The position numbers were made by a program, and so were the translations under genes. Below, one piece after another: positions 8,530 to 16,072 of a stretch of 30,994 nucleotides of DNA. Every line of letters begins with the position of its first letter. Within the stretch, counting starts at the first letter, position 1. Source of the stretch: a virus (taxonomy: Duplodnaviria; Caudoviricetes); the IMG/VR virus record IMGVR_UViG_3300016482_000018, positions 1 to 30,994 of that record; one strand, 5' to 3'. The notes beneath the pieces were generated by a model. That model saw only the letters and a list, made by a program, of their open reading frames with translations. It made no database searches and had not been told where the DNA came from.

Positions 8530-10219
8530 TTACTTTCTCCTTAAGCGCCTCAATCTCAGCTCGAAGTGCAATTACTTCTTTTGCCAGTTCAACCGCCGCT
8601 ACTAATGCAGCATTACCATAAGCAACAGACAAGATGCCGTGGTCATCCGATTCTACAACTTCTGGGAGCATCTTAGCCAGCTCTTGCGCAGAAACACCCG
8701 CTTGCGTCATCGTAGTATCCACACGGTCATAAATACCTGACTTCAGACCTGCGAGACAATATAGAAAATCACTGCGGACTGCACGCCAGTTAGTCTTTAA
8801 CCGTTCGTCGGAGTTAGCTACAAAATTACCTGCAGATGTTAAAGTTCCAGTCGACGGTACTAACGAAAGCTTAGTACTCGAAACGCTAAACCCGGACACA
8901 GATCCAGATGTAGAAGCTGTCCATGCTGGGTATACAGAAGTAGCCGTAGATGTGTCGTTAGTGATTGACATACCACTAGTGACTGTGACTGCACCAGTTT
9001 GGCCGTTTACAGAAGTCACGCCACCGTTACCTGCAGTAGTAGCGTAATTAACCGACTGAGACCCGATGTTACTGGTTGTAATTGCAGTTGAAGCTGGCTG
9101 GTAGTAGCTACCATGTTGTCCATCTAGTTGGTCTGCATTAGTCGCGGTTGAAGCGTTACCGTTCAGAGCCGCTGTAATAGTTCCTGCGGAAAAGTTCCCT
9201 GATGCGTCACGAGCTACAATCGCGCTTGCGGTGTTTGCACTTGTGGCATTAGACGTTACAGTGAACGTAGTATTACCAGCTTGGTCAGCAGTAAACGTCG
9301 CAGAACCAGACAATCCCGTACCGGCGACAGCCATAGTGAGTGTGCCATTGTTGGGGGCAGTTACTACCGACCAAGTCTGATCCCCGCGTAAAAACGTGGT
9401 CGTGTTTGGTGTCCCAGATCCGAGGCGAGCAGTAGGTACAGTGCCCGAGGCTAGGTTCGAGGCATTCAGCCCAGTAATGTTGCTAGGCGCTTTGTTCTCC
9501 CATATGCCAGCACCGTTCCGTAACAGAACATCACCAGTTGCGGGGGCAGAGATGTTTACATCCCCCTCGAACATGCCAAACGTACCACCAATAGACGGGC
9601 GGATAAACAATGATCCAACGGTAGAGCTCGAATAAACACACGCCCCGATTTGTACCTTGGGCGCAGGTGCTGTAGGAATCGTAGCTGTTAGCCCACCGAC
9701 AACTGTAGGGTCAAGATACAGAATTGCCCCATCCGCATATGCAGCAGTGTTAATGCCACGAACAAGCCCGAACGAGGTAACAAGGCCCCACCCATTCAAC
9801 GCAATATCTTGCGTGGCAACACCCATTACGTATGACGCAGTAGCAACAGTCAAGCCTGTAGCTGGAGCTCCAGTAAGCGCGCCAGAAGCCCCAACTGTAC
9901 CAGTGAACATTACTACTTGCCCGTTAGTAATCGCGGACGAAGCCTTGATTCGGTAATACTGCTCCTGCCCTAGCTGAAGCGTTACTCCGTTAGGGAGCCC
10001 GAGGGCGGCAGTCTCATTAGCAGCGTCCCAAGCGAACTCACCTACACCGGCTGTAGCGGAGGCAGTTGTGTCTAGACTCAGTTTATCTGTAAGCGTGTCT
10101 ACAAAATCCGGGCTTGCCCCGGACTCATATTTAGCGCTATTCAGATTGGTAAAGTTTGCGTCGACTTCCGCATTGGATAGCGGCGAGCCTTTGCCAGCAC
10201 GAGTTACGATGGTAGTCAT
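8519..10219 (-). CDS. Long tail fibre protein with C-terminal peptidase S74 domain
   Basis: N-terminal KGSPLSNAEVDANFTNLN; Thr/Ala/Gly/Ser-rich fibre motifs (IVARDASGNFSAGTITA, VTSVNGQTGAV); NSDERLKTN...GVSAQEL. Confidence 0.85.
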   Translation of the reverse strand: MTTIVTRAGKGSPLSNAEVDANFTNLNSAKYESGASPDFVDTLTDKLSLDTTASATAGVGEFAWDAANETAALGLPNGVTLQLGQEQYYRIKASSAITNGQVVMFTGTVGASGALTGAPATGLTVATASYVMGVATQDIALNGWGLVTSFGLVRGINTAAYADGAILYLDPTVVGGLTATIPTAPAPKVQIGACVYSSSTVGSLFIRPSIGGTFGMFEGDVNISAPATGDVLLRNGAGIWENKAPSNITGLNASNLASGTVPTARLGSGTPNTTTFLRGDQTWSVVTAPNNGTLTMAVAGTGLSGSATFTADQAGNTTFTVTSNATSANTASAIVARDASGNFSAGTITAALNGNASTATNADQLDGQHGSYYQPASTAITTSNIGSQSVNYATTAGNGGVTSVNGQTGAVTVTSGMSITNDTSTATSVYPAWTASTSGSVSGFSVSSTKLSLVPSTGTLTSAGNFVANSDERLKTNWRAVRSDFLYCLAGLKSGIYDRVDTTMTQAGVSAQELAKMLPEVVESDDHGILSVAYGNAALVAAVELAKEVIALRAEIEALKEKVNGN

Positions 10220-10235
10220 CGCCGCTTCTCCTTAA

Positions 10236-10679
10236 TTACGAAATAGTCACAGTCCAAGTAACGCTCATGGCGTCATCAGCACCCTTATTCACAACTGCAA
10301 ACGTGGTGCGGCACAGCATCGTGCCTGCGGAAGCGGCATTCAGTACACCTGCTTCAACGACTGCACCGGTTCCGGTACCAGCGGGGAATGTGGCCGTATA
10401 AGTGACGACATTGTCTGAAGCCGTAGCCGAAGCTAAGGCGACACGTCCTAGCTCGGTACCTAGTGCAGTATTACCTGCCGCTGGGGCGGTCGCATCTGAA
10501 CCAATAGCCATATGGCTCATGATATTCGACGCAGTACCAACCATGCGGGAAGCAACAAAATTCTTACCCACTGTGACCACAAGATTCTTAAACTCGTGTT
10601 CTTCTTTAATCTTACCATCGGGGCCGGTCAGGACTACGCGAAGCGCACCAGAAGCCTTAATTTGGTCTTGAGTGTTCAT
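10236..10679 (-). CDS. Tail/baseplate-like structural protein
   Basis: KNLVVTVGK...MAIG...TALGTELGRV...EAGVLNAASAGTMLCRT pattern common in tail modules; AGGAG RBS. Confidence 0.65.
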   Translation of the reverse strand: MNTQDQIKASGALRVVLTGPDGKIKEEHEFKNLVVTVGKNFVASRMVGTASNIMSHMAIGSDATAPAAGNTALGTELGRVALASATASDNVVTYTATFPAGTGTGAVVEAGVLNAASAGTMLCRTTFAVVNKGADDAMSVTWTVTIS

Positions 10680-10691
10680 ACTAAACTCCTG

Positions 10692-11543
10692 TTAAAAAGT
10701 GCGGGAGATCCCCACGTAATCTTCTAGGAAATATGTGATGTCGCAGTAATCCTGCATTGACAGCACTCCCCCATCAGAACTTGTCACATTATCAGACTTA
10801 TTTGCTGCAAAATCAATAACTTTGGTATCACTCATGGATACCAGTTCCCCGATTACCTTAATGAACGCATATTGGATGTCTCCATCCATATTGTCAATCA
10901 AGACGGTGCTTTCAAAAAAGTTCTTCTGGAGAATATGCCCGTACATATCGCTAACTATCGCTAGGTCTGACTCTGGCGTACCCACCTCTGCCACATAGCT
11001 ATCTGGTGTGCTAACCATTTCAGTAAACGCGCGGATATACAGCTTATGCGCTTCAACGCTATCAGTAAATGATATAGAGTCTGCAAGAGCTTTGCTAATC
11101 ACTTTACCTGCGATACCATCTATAGGCGTGCCCAGTGTATCGGTAAACGCTTTGCTCATTACTAGGCTCTTAGCATCTGATAGCGTCGTCTGATCTACCC
11201 CGTAGAACTTGGACAAAGTAAATGCTGCGTTATCTACGGCTGCATATGAGTCTGCTAATTTTTTTATGCTGCGGTGCTTGACACTGTCCGCCATGGGTTG
11301 CATGTCTGCTACGCGTTTATCTACACTCAAATGCACTTCATCAACGCCTGCCGCTGTATCCGCAAGTTTCTTGCTAAAGCTAAACGCTAATTCGTCTGTA
11401 GGGGTAACAATGTCTACTGCCAATACGTCTGGCATTGTGACTTCTGCCATTACGTTGACCTGCAGATAATATACCTCCACAGCGGGCTGCACATAGCTTA
11501 ACCCGGCAATTAGGATCTTAGAGTGCGGGACGTAAATGGTCAT
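10692..11543 (-). CDS. Putative tail protein with degenerate K-x-L-A-D repeats
   Basis: Repeated KKLAD/KRVAD/KAFTD/KALAD units; in tail module. Confidence 0.55.
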   Translation of the reverse strand: MTIYVPHSKILIAGLSYVQPAVEVYYLQVNVMAEVTMPDVLAVDIVTPTDELAFSFSKKLADTAAGVDEVHLSVDKRVADMQPMADSVKHRSIKKLADSYAAVDNAAFTLSKFYGVDQTTLSDAKSLVMSKAFTDTLGTPIDGIAGKVISKALADSISFTDSVEAHKLYIRAFTEMVSTPDSYVAEVGTPESDLAIVSDMYGHILQKNFFESTVLIDNMDGDIQYAFIKVIGELVSMSDTKVIDFAANKSDNVTSSDGGVLSMQDYCDITYFLEDYVGISRTF

Positions 11544-11873
11544 TTAGAACTCTGCGCGTAATGTGAATTGAAGGAGGTCGTAGACCGTGAGAATCTGGCC
11601 GTTGAAGCTGATCTCGATCTCACCCTGATACTGTCCAGCAGGCACATCAAGCGAACCCGCAGGGAAGTTGAACCGAACGACCCCATCCGTACCGCCATTA
11701 GGCTTCCAGCATGGAATAGTGGACAGGACGGACTTACCACCGAGCGCACGCAGCTTCACAACCACTGCTGTCGTTGACGCCGAAAGGTTGAGCGGATCAC
11801 CCGTAGTGCGGTCCGTGAGGGTCATCGTCACTTCTGGGAGGTTGTCGCCTTGGACTAACTTAATCGAACTCAT
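11544..11873 (-). CDS. BppU N-terminal-like (Ig-like) tail protein
   Basis: LVQGDNLP...GVVRFNF...GQYQGEIEISF pattern. Confidence 0.6.
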   Translation of the reverse strand: MSSIKLVQGDNLPEVTMTLTDRTTGDPLNLSASTTAVVVKLRALGGKSVLSTIPCWKPNGGTDGVVRFNFPAGSLDVPAGQYQGEIEISFNGQILTVYDLLQFTLRAEF

Positions 11874-12532
11874 ACTAGCCTCTGGAATTCAACGGTGGTG
11901 GAGTTGCGGGTCATACCCTTGGCCACTTGGATCTTGGCTTCGGTGATGCCGGTGCGGAACATCTTGGCTGCTTCCATGCTGGCGTTCTTGTCGTAGTAGG
12001 GCTGTTTAGGCTGCGAGTACAGGCGGGCACGAGCGCCCCAACCAATGACTTCGGCCCACTGTTCATAGATCTCCGAGTCAATTTCTTGCGAGTCACGGGT
12101 CGGTGCCAGAGCGACGCGAATGCTCACGCTGTCGTCCTCGATCACTGAAGGGGATGGCACCAACACGATCTCTGGTTTGACGAGACGGGTGTAGAACTGC
12201 GGATAGCCCGGAAGGGTCTGCCAATCAGTCATGCGGTAGATGCGGGCGAGCTCATCCGGCGACTTCGGGATGAGCAGGAAATCGTTATAGAACGCTTGCA
12301 GGATGCCAACAACTTTGGTGTCGGCGGGAGTCTCCATCACATACGAGCTCTGCCCTACCGCTGGGGTAATCGAAGGCACGTTGTACTGCCAGAAATAGGT
12401 TCGCTCGCAGAACTCAATGCACGCGTTGCGGATGGCGTCGATGGCGACGAATTCACCCACGTCAGGGACGTACTGCGTCACCTGCGATAGAAACTGGTCG
12501 TACTCGACTGTTTGGCCATACACTTGGGTCAT
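11870..12532 (-). CDS. Head-tail adaptor / tail tubular A-like protein
   Basis: AIRNACIEFCERTYFW and WAEVIGWGARARL; synteny after capsid genes. Confidence 0.65.
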   Translation of the reverse strand: MTQVYGQTVEYDQFLSQVTQYVPDVGEFVAIDAIRNACIEFCERTYFWQYNVPSITPAVGQSSYVMETPADTKVVGILQAFYNDFLLIPKSPDELARIYRMTDWQTLPGYPQFYTRLVKPEIVLVPSPSVIEDDSVSIRVALAPTRDSQEIDSEIYEQWAEVIGWGARARLYSQPKQPYYDKNASMEAAKMFRTGITEAKIQVAKGMTRNSTTVEFQRLV

Positions 12533-13215
12533 GATTCAGCTCCGGGGACGGTGGGCACATTCGGACCAAACTGCTGGTTCGGGCTGTTTGCCGTTTCCGC
12601 GGCGGTCTTCGCACCCATTGCAGCCATGAAGGTTTGCAGATACCCGCTGGCGAGCTGGAGGCCCGGGGCGTATTCAGCGTCCTTGCTGTTGGCGCGATAA
12701 AGCACGTAGTCCAGCAAGCAAGTCTGGAAAATGTCGTTGATGGTGATTGTCGCGTTCTCGTTCGGGAGGTCCGACGGAACAGGCGAGTAGTTCAGTTGCA
12801 CGTAACCCTTACCATTGTTGGGCGGGTACACGTAGAAAACGGTTTGGTCTTGCTGGTCAAAGATGTAATGCTTCGGAACCACTGTTGGCATATCGTTGTG
12901 CCAGTTAGGGTTGTATGCATCGAGCATTTCACGTGAAGCGAGGCGCACAGCACGACCCGGCTTCTGGCCATCCGTACCCATGTATCGAATGACTTCAATG
13001 AGCGTCCAACCATCCTCGGGGATGCTTTGGCGCGTACCAGACTCAAGCGCTACGACCGACACTTTGTTGGTCGCATTCGGGGCCATCATGACGATCTGGC
13101 GCTGACCATCATTCAGCCAACCAAGAAGCTCGGAGCGAGTCCAACGAACGTTCGTCGGGTCGAGCAGTTGGACCGAGGCTTTGTCGATGATGGATTTTGC
13201 GGTGATCGTTCCCAT
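12529..13215 (-). CDS. Head-tail adaptor-like virion protein (DUF6682-like)
   Basis: VRWTRSELLGWLNDGQRQI, FYVYPP, LLDYVLYRANSKDAEY; synteny. Confidence 0.65.
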   Translation of the reverse strand: MGTITAKSIIDKASVQLLDPTNVRWTRSELLGWLNDGQRQIVMMAPNATNKVSVVALESGTRQSIPEDGWTLIEVIRYMGTDGQKPGRAVRLASREMLDAYNPNWHNDMPTVVPKHYIFDQQDQTVFYVYPPNNGKGYVQLNYSPVPSDLPNENATITINDIFQTCLLDYVLYRANSKDAEYAPGLQLASGYLQTFMAAMGAKTAAETANSPNQQFGPNVPTVPGAES

Positions 13216-13229
13216 AGCCTACCTACAGA

Positions 13230-13253
13230 TAAGAAGTGGGGGCCGAAGCCCCC
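13230..13253 (-). terminator. Probable intrinsic terminator after the capsid genes
   Basis: Minus strand GGGGGC-TTCG-GCCCCC (cUUCGg tetraloop) followed by ACTTCTT. Confidence 0.7.
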
Positions 13254-13262
13254 GGGTATTAC

Positions 13263-13373
13263 TTAAACGGCTTCCAGAGCTGCGACACGAGCTTCCAGAG
13301 CTGCAAATTCAGCAGCGAGGTAGTCGGCCAGAACTGCGGGAACGCCCAGAGAGACGAGAGTTGCTGCGGACAT
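13263..13373 (-). CDS. 36-aa protein directly after major capsid gene (not in the ORF track)
   Basis: AGGAG RBS; MSAATLVSLGVPAVLADYLAAEFAALEARVAALEAV*; bracketed by two hairpins. Confidence 0.75.
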   Translation of the reverse strand: MSAATLVSLGVPAVLADYLAAEFAALEARVAALEAV

Positions 13374-13394
13374 GGTTTTCTCCTAGGTCAAAGG

Positions 13395-13416
13395 TGGGAG
13401 GGGTTGCCCCCTCCCA
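13395..13416 (-). terminator. Stable hairpin after major capsid stop (weak terminator or mRNA stabiliser)
   Basis: TGGGAGGGG-GCAA-CCCCTCCCA, 9-bp stem, GNRA loop, poor U-tract (CCTTTG). Confidence 0.55.
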
Positions 13417-13421
13417 GTTGG

Positions 13422-14438
13422 TTAGCCGTTGGCAACCAGCAGAGCCAGACCGTCGGCTTGGGTCACTTGGTAGCCGTAGACGTTCAGGCCACGGATCAGA
13501 GTGCCGAAGTCGTTCGGGTTCTGGAGGCTTTCGACCTTGGCGATCTGCGAAGCGAAGCTGATGGCCGACTTGTGGCCAGCCATGATTGCGTGACGCTTGG
13601 CAGCACCCGATGCAGCACCGCCGGTCCAGTTCTGGTTGGCAGCAGCACGCGGCAGCAGGTTCGAAACGTAGACCGTGAAGCGGTCGATCATGCCGATCTT
13701 GCCGTTACGCAGGATGCTCGACGGGTCGCCCATGAACTGAGCTTGAGCCAGATTCGACTGCATGAGGATCTGACGTTCGGTCGGGGTGATCACCAGCCAG
13801 CGGTCGGTTTCCGGAACGTTTGCTTCGTCCAGAACGCTCGACAGAGCCGTGATGCTCGACAGGATGTTGGCGGCAGTCAGAGTGACCGGCGTCGTATCCG
13901 TACCGAGGTTGTAGCCGCCCGAGATCTTACCGGCAGTCGCGCCTTGGTTCGTGGCAGCGCCTTGGTTGAACGTGCCCTTCAGGACGTCTTGGTCGATGGC
14001 GATCTTCATCTGCATCGAGGCGTCGTTGGTGAACACATCCATCAGCTTGGGCTTGGCTTGCAGCTCCAGAACGTTGTTCACGTTCACGCCGAAGTACTTG
14101 CCCTTGTTGATCGTCAGGGTGATGGTGCTCGGAGCCGGAATCTCGTATGCGAGGTTCTGACCGATCGAGTAGCTGTTGATGGTGATCGTCGGGATCGTGT
14201 TGATGATCACGGTGTCACCGATACCCGAGATATCGCCTTGCCAGTCGGTGTTGGCGATTTCGCCAAACACGGTGGCTGCGTAGAACTTCTGGGCCAGCTT
14301 GCCCGACCACAGGGCCGGAATGAAAGTGCCCGAGTACGGAGTACCCGAGTACGACTGGGCACCAGTCGGGGAGTTGAATGTGGCAGTACCCGATACGGTG
14401 TTAATCGGATAGGTTGCACCTGCGGTAATGGTAGACAT
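13422..14438 (-). CDS. Major capsid protein
   Basis: 338 aa; FIPALWSGKL, GDISGIGDTVII, GMIDRFTVYVSNLLP, LIRGLNVYGYQV motifs of HK97-fold podovirus coat proteins; AGGAG RBS; follows scaffold. Confidence 0.9.
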   Translation of the reverse strand: MSTITAGATYPINTVSGTATFNSPTGAQSYSGTPYSGTFIPALWSGKLAQKFYAATVFGEIANTDWQGDISGIGDTVIINTIPTITINSYSIGQNLAYEIPAPSTITLTINKGKYFGVNVNNVLELQAKPKLMDVFTNDASMQMKIAIDQDVLKGTFNQGAATNQGATAGKISGGYNLGTDTTPVTLTAANILSSITALSSVLDEANVPETDRWLVITPTERQILMQSNLAQAQFMGDPSSILRNGKIGMIDRFTVYVSNLLPRAAANQNWTGGAASGAAKRHAIMAGHKSAISFASQIAKVESLQNPNDFGTLIRGLNVYGYQVTQADGLALLVANG

Positions 14439-14508
14439 GTCGTTTCTCCTATGAAAATGTCTAGGTACTACTTAAACAACCGCTACCATTACGCGCAGAC
14501 TTAGGAGA

Positions 14509-15474
14509 TTACGGTCTCACTCGGCCTTCGCTGATAGCGGCATGGATTTCTTTTTCCAAACGAACCGCCTCATCGTTATCGAGGAATCCACGTCGCCATT
14601 CGGTGTAGAACTCAGCGATCTCGGATTGGGTCCAAACTCGCTGGCTTGCATCGCTAGCTGCGGGAGCACTCGAAGCCCGTGTGCGGGTCGGCGCAACTTG
14701 ACTTTGAAGCTGGTCTTTCTTCGGTGCCGGGGCCTGTTGCTTAGGAGCTTGCGTTGCCTTGTAAGCGTTGAAGATGCCCGCTACGCGTTCAACATCCAAC
14801 ATCTCGTAGGCATTGTTCAGAGCTACTTGGCGAGGGAGTCCATACACAGGATCTACTTCAGAAAGCCAGTTAATGAAGCCGGGGTCCACGTTTAGTGCAT
14901 CCCAGTCGCTAACTTTCTGTCCCAGACCCATCAGGAAACGATCCTTATCGGATACAACCTGACGTTCAGACACGTTACCGAGTTGGCTCTTCAGCTCCTC
15001 GATCTCCCCAACCAGCTTGGCTTCACGTTCACGCAGGGTCGAAACCTTGGCTTCCGTGGCACGCTCGATCAGGTCGATGAGGTCAGTACCGAATGCTTCT
15101 TTGTCTTGTTCAGTGATCAGAGACTTGGCCGGGTCAGGCGTTTGAGCTGCTTTGGCTTCCAGCGCTGCCTTGTCAGCGATGAGCTGCTGCATCTGCTGCT
15201 GCAACTCCTTCACTTGCGAATGCAGGCGAGGAACTTCTGCGTCGTACATACCCTTCAGGGTGTGGTACTTGCTCTCCCACTTGGGTTCCGGTTTCGGCTC
15301 TTGCGAAACGGGTGCCGGAGGATCTTGCGGCGGATCGCTTGGCGTAGGATTGGGATCTTGCGGTGGGTCTTGAGGAGGAGTCTCCGTCGGTGGGACGGTC
15401 TCATCGCCATTCATCACTGCAACCATGCGGTCTGCGTCTTCAACTTGCTGTTGAATTGCCTTCGGTAGTGCCAT
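14509..15474 (-). CDS. Capsid scaffolding protein
   Basis: Pro/Asp-rich N-terminus, KYHTLKGMYDAEVPRL, coiled coils, C-terminal AISEGRV; directly upstream of capsid gene; AAGGAG RBS. Confidence 0.8.
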   Translation of the reverse strand: MALPKAIQQQVEDADRMVAVMNGDETVPPTETPPQDPPQDPNPTPSDPPQDPPAPVSQEPKPEPKWESKYHTLKGMYDAEVPRLHSQVKELQQQMQQLIADKAALEAKAAQTPDPAKSLITEQDKEAFGTDLIDLIERATEAKVSTLREREAKLVGEIEELKSQLGNVSERQVVSDKDRFLMGLGQKVSDWDALNVDPGFINWLSEVDPVYGLPRQVALNNAYEMLDVERVAGIFNAYKATQAPKQQAPAPKKDQLQSQVAPTRTRASSAPAASDASQRVWTQSEIAEFYTEWRRGFLDNDEAVRLEKEIHAAISEGRVRP

Positions 15475-15487
15475 TTCAATCTCCTTC

Positions 15488-15594
15488 GCTCCGACTACGC
15501 CACGTGCTCCGACTTTACGGGCTGCACTGCGCGCTTACGGTCTGCTACTGTTGTGTTTAGGTTGTTTGCCTTCCGCTCCGACTTAACGGTCTGC
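15488..15594 (-). repeat. Direct repeats in the scaffold 5' leader
   Basis: 20-mer GCTCCGACTTWACGGKCTGC at 15506-15525 and 15575-15594 (18/20 identical); partial copies at 15488-15496 and 15534-15545. Confidence 0.8.
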
Positions 15595-15596
15595 GG

Positions 15597-15824
15597 TCAG
15601 CGTTTAAGCTTGGTGATCAGTGCTTCCGCACTTTCGATGTACCCAAGGAGTTCCTTGAGCTTCCCGGCTTCACCTTGTAGCCGGTAAATCTTATCGGGGT
15701 CCGCCACCTGAGCCATCATCTCCAGAGTCTCGTGCCTTTCGGCTCTCAAGTACTCGAGGAGTGGTGCAAACTCCGGTGATCGGAGTCGCGCAAAGCAATG
15801 CGCAATGCGCTCGTCAATTCTCAC
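15597..15824 (-). CDS. Small helical protein between portal and scaffold (Bbp19-like position)
   Basis: IYRLQGEA motif; synteny. Confidence 0.6.
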   Translation of the reverse strand: MRIDERIAHCFARLRSPEFAPLLEYLRAERHETLEMMAQVADPDKIYRLQGEAGKLKELLGYIESAEALITKLKR

Positions 15825-16012
15825 TTGCAGAGGCCGTCGGTTTTGGCCACGTCAACGGCGAATTCCTTGCCACCACGCGAACCTGCGAACTCATTCAGGG
15901 ACGGTGCGCCGCCGACGCCAGTAGCGCCACCTTTGCACATACCATCGGTTTTAGCCGATTCCTGAGCGACTTCTTTGCCGCCACGCTTCTCTTCATTAAA
16001 GATGTTAGCCAT
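15821..16012 (-). CDS. 63-aa protein with internal duplication
   Basis: AGGAGG RBS; RGGKEVAQESAKTDGMCK / RGGKEFAVDVAKTDGLCK. Confidence 0.7.
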   Translation of the reverse strand: MANIFNEEKRGGKEVAQESAKTDGMCKGGATGVGGAPSLNEFAGSRGGKEFAVDVAKTDGLCK

Positions 16013-16044
16013 TTTTGGCCTCCTAAATCAAGGGGTTAAGTAGC

Positions 16045-16072
16045 TTTGTACCATATTCTAGTACATTGTCAA
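16045..16072 (-). promoter_or_regulatory. Putative sigma70 promoter for scaffold/capsid genes
   Basis: TTGACA-16 bp-TACAAA with extended -10 TG; the -35 contains the portal TGA stop. Confidence 0.6.

Noticed and set aside
7225-10219. Diversity-generating retroelement acting on tail fibres
   Set aside because: No reverse transcriptase and no template/variable repeat pair seen in this window
7744-13373. Late proteins ending in ARVEQLE, AEIEALKE or ARVAALEA as possible tag carriers
   Set aside because: Ordinary trimeric coiled-coil heptads that lack the [RK]-[LM]-E arrangement
15488-15594. Repeats as a mini-CRISPR array
   Set aside because: Only two full 20-bp copies, irregular spacing, no cas genes
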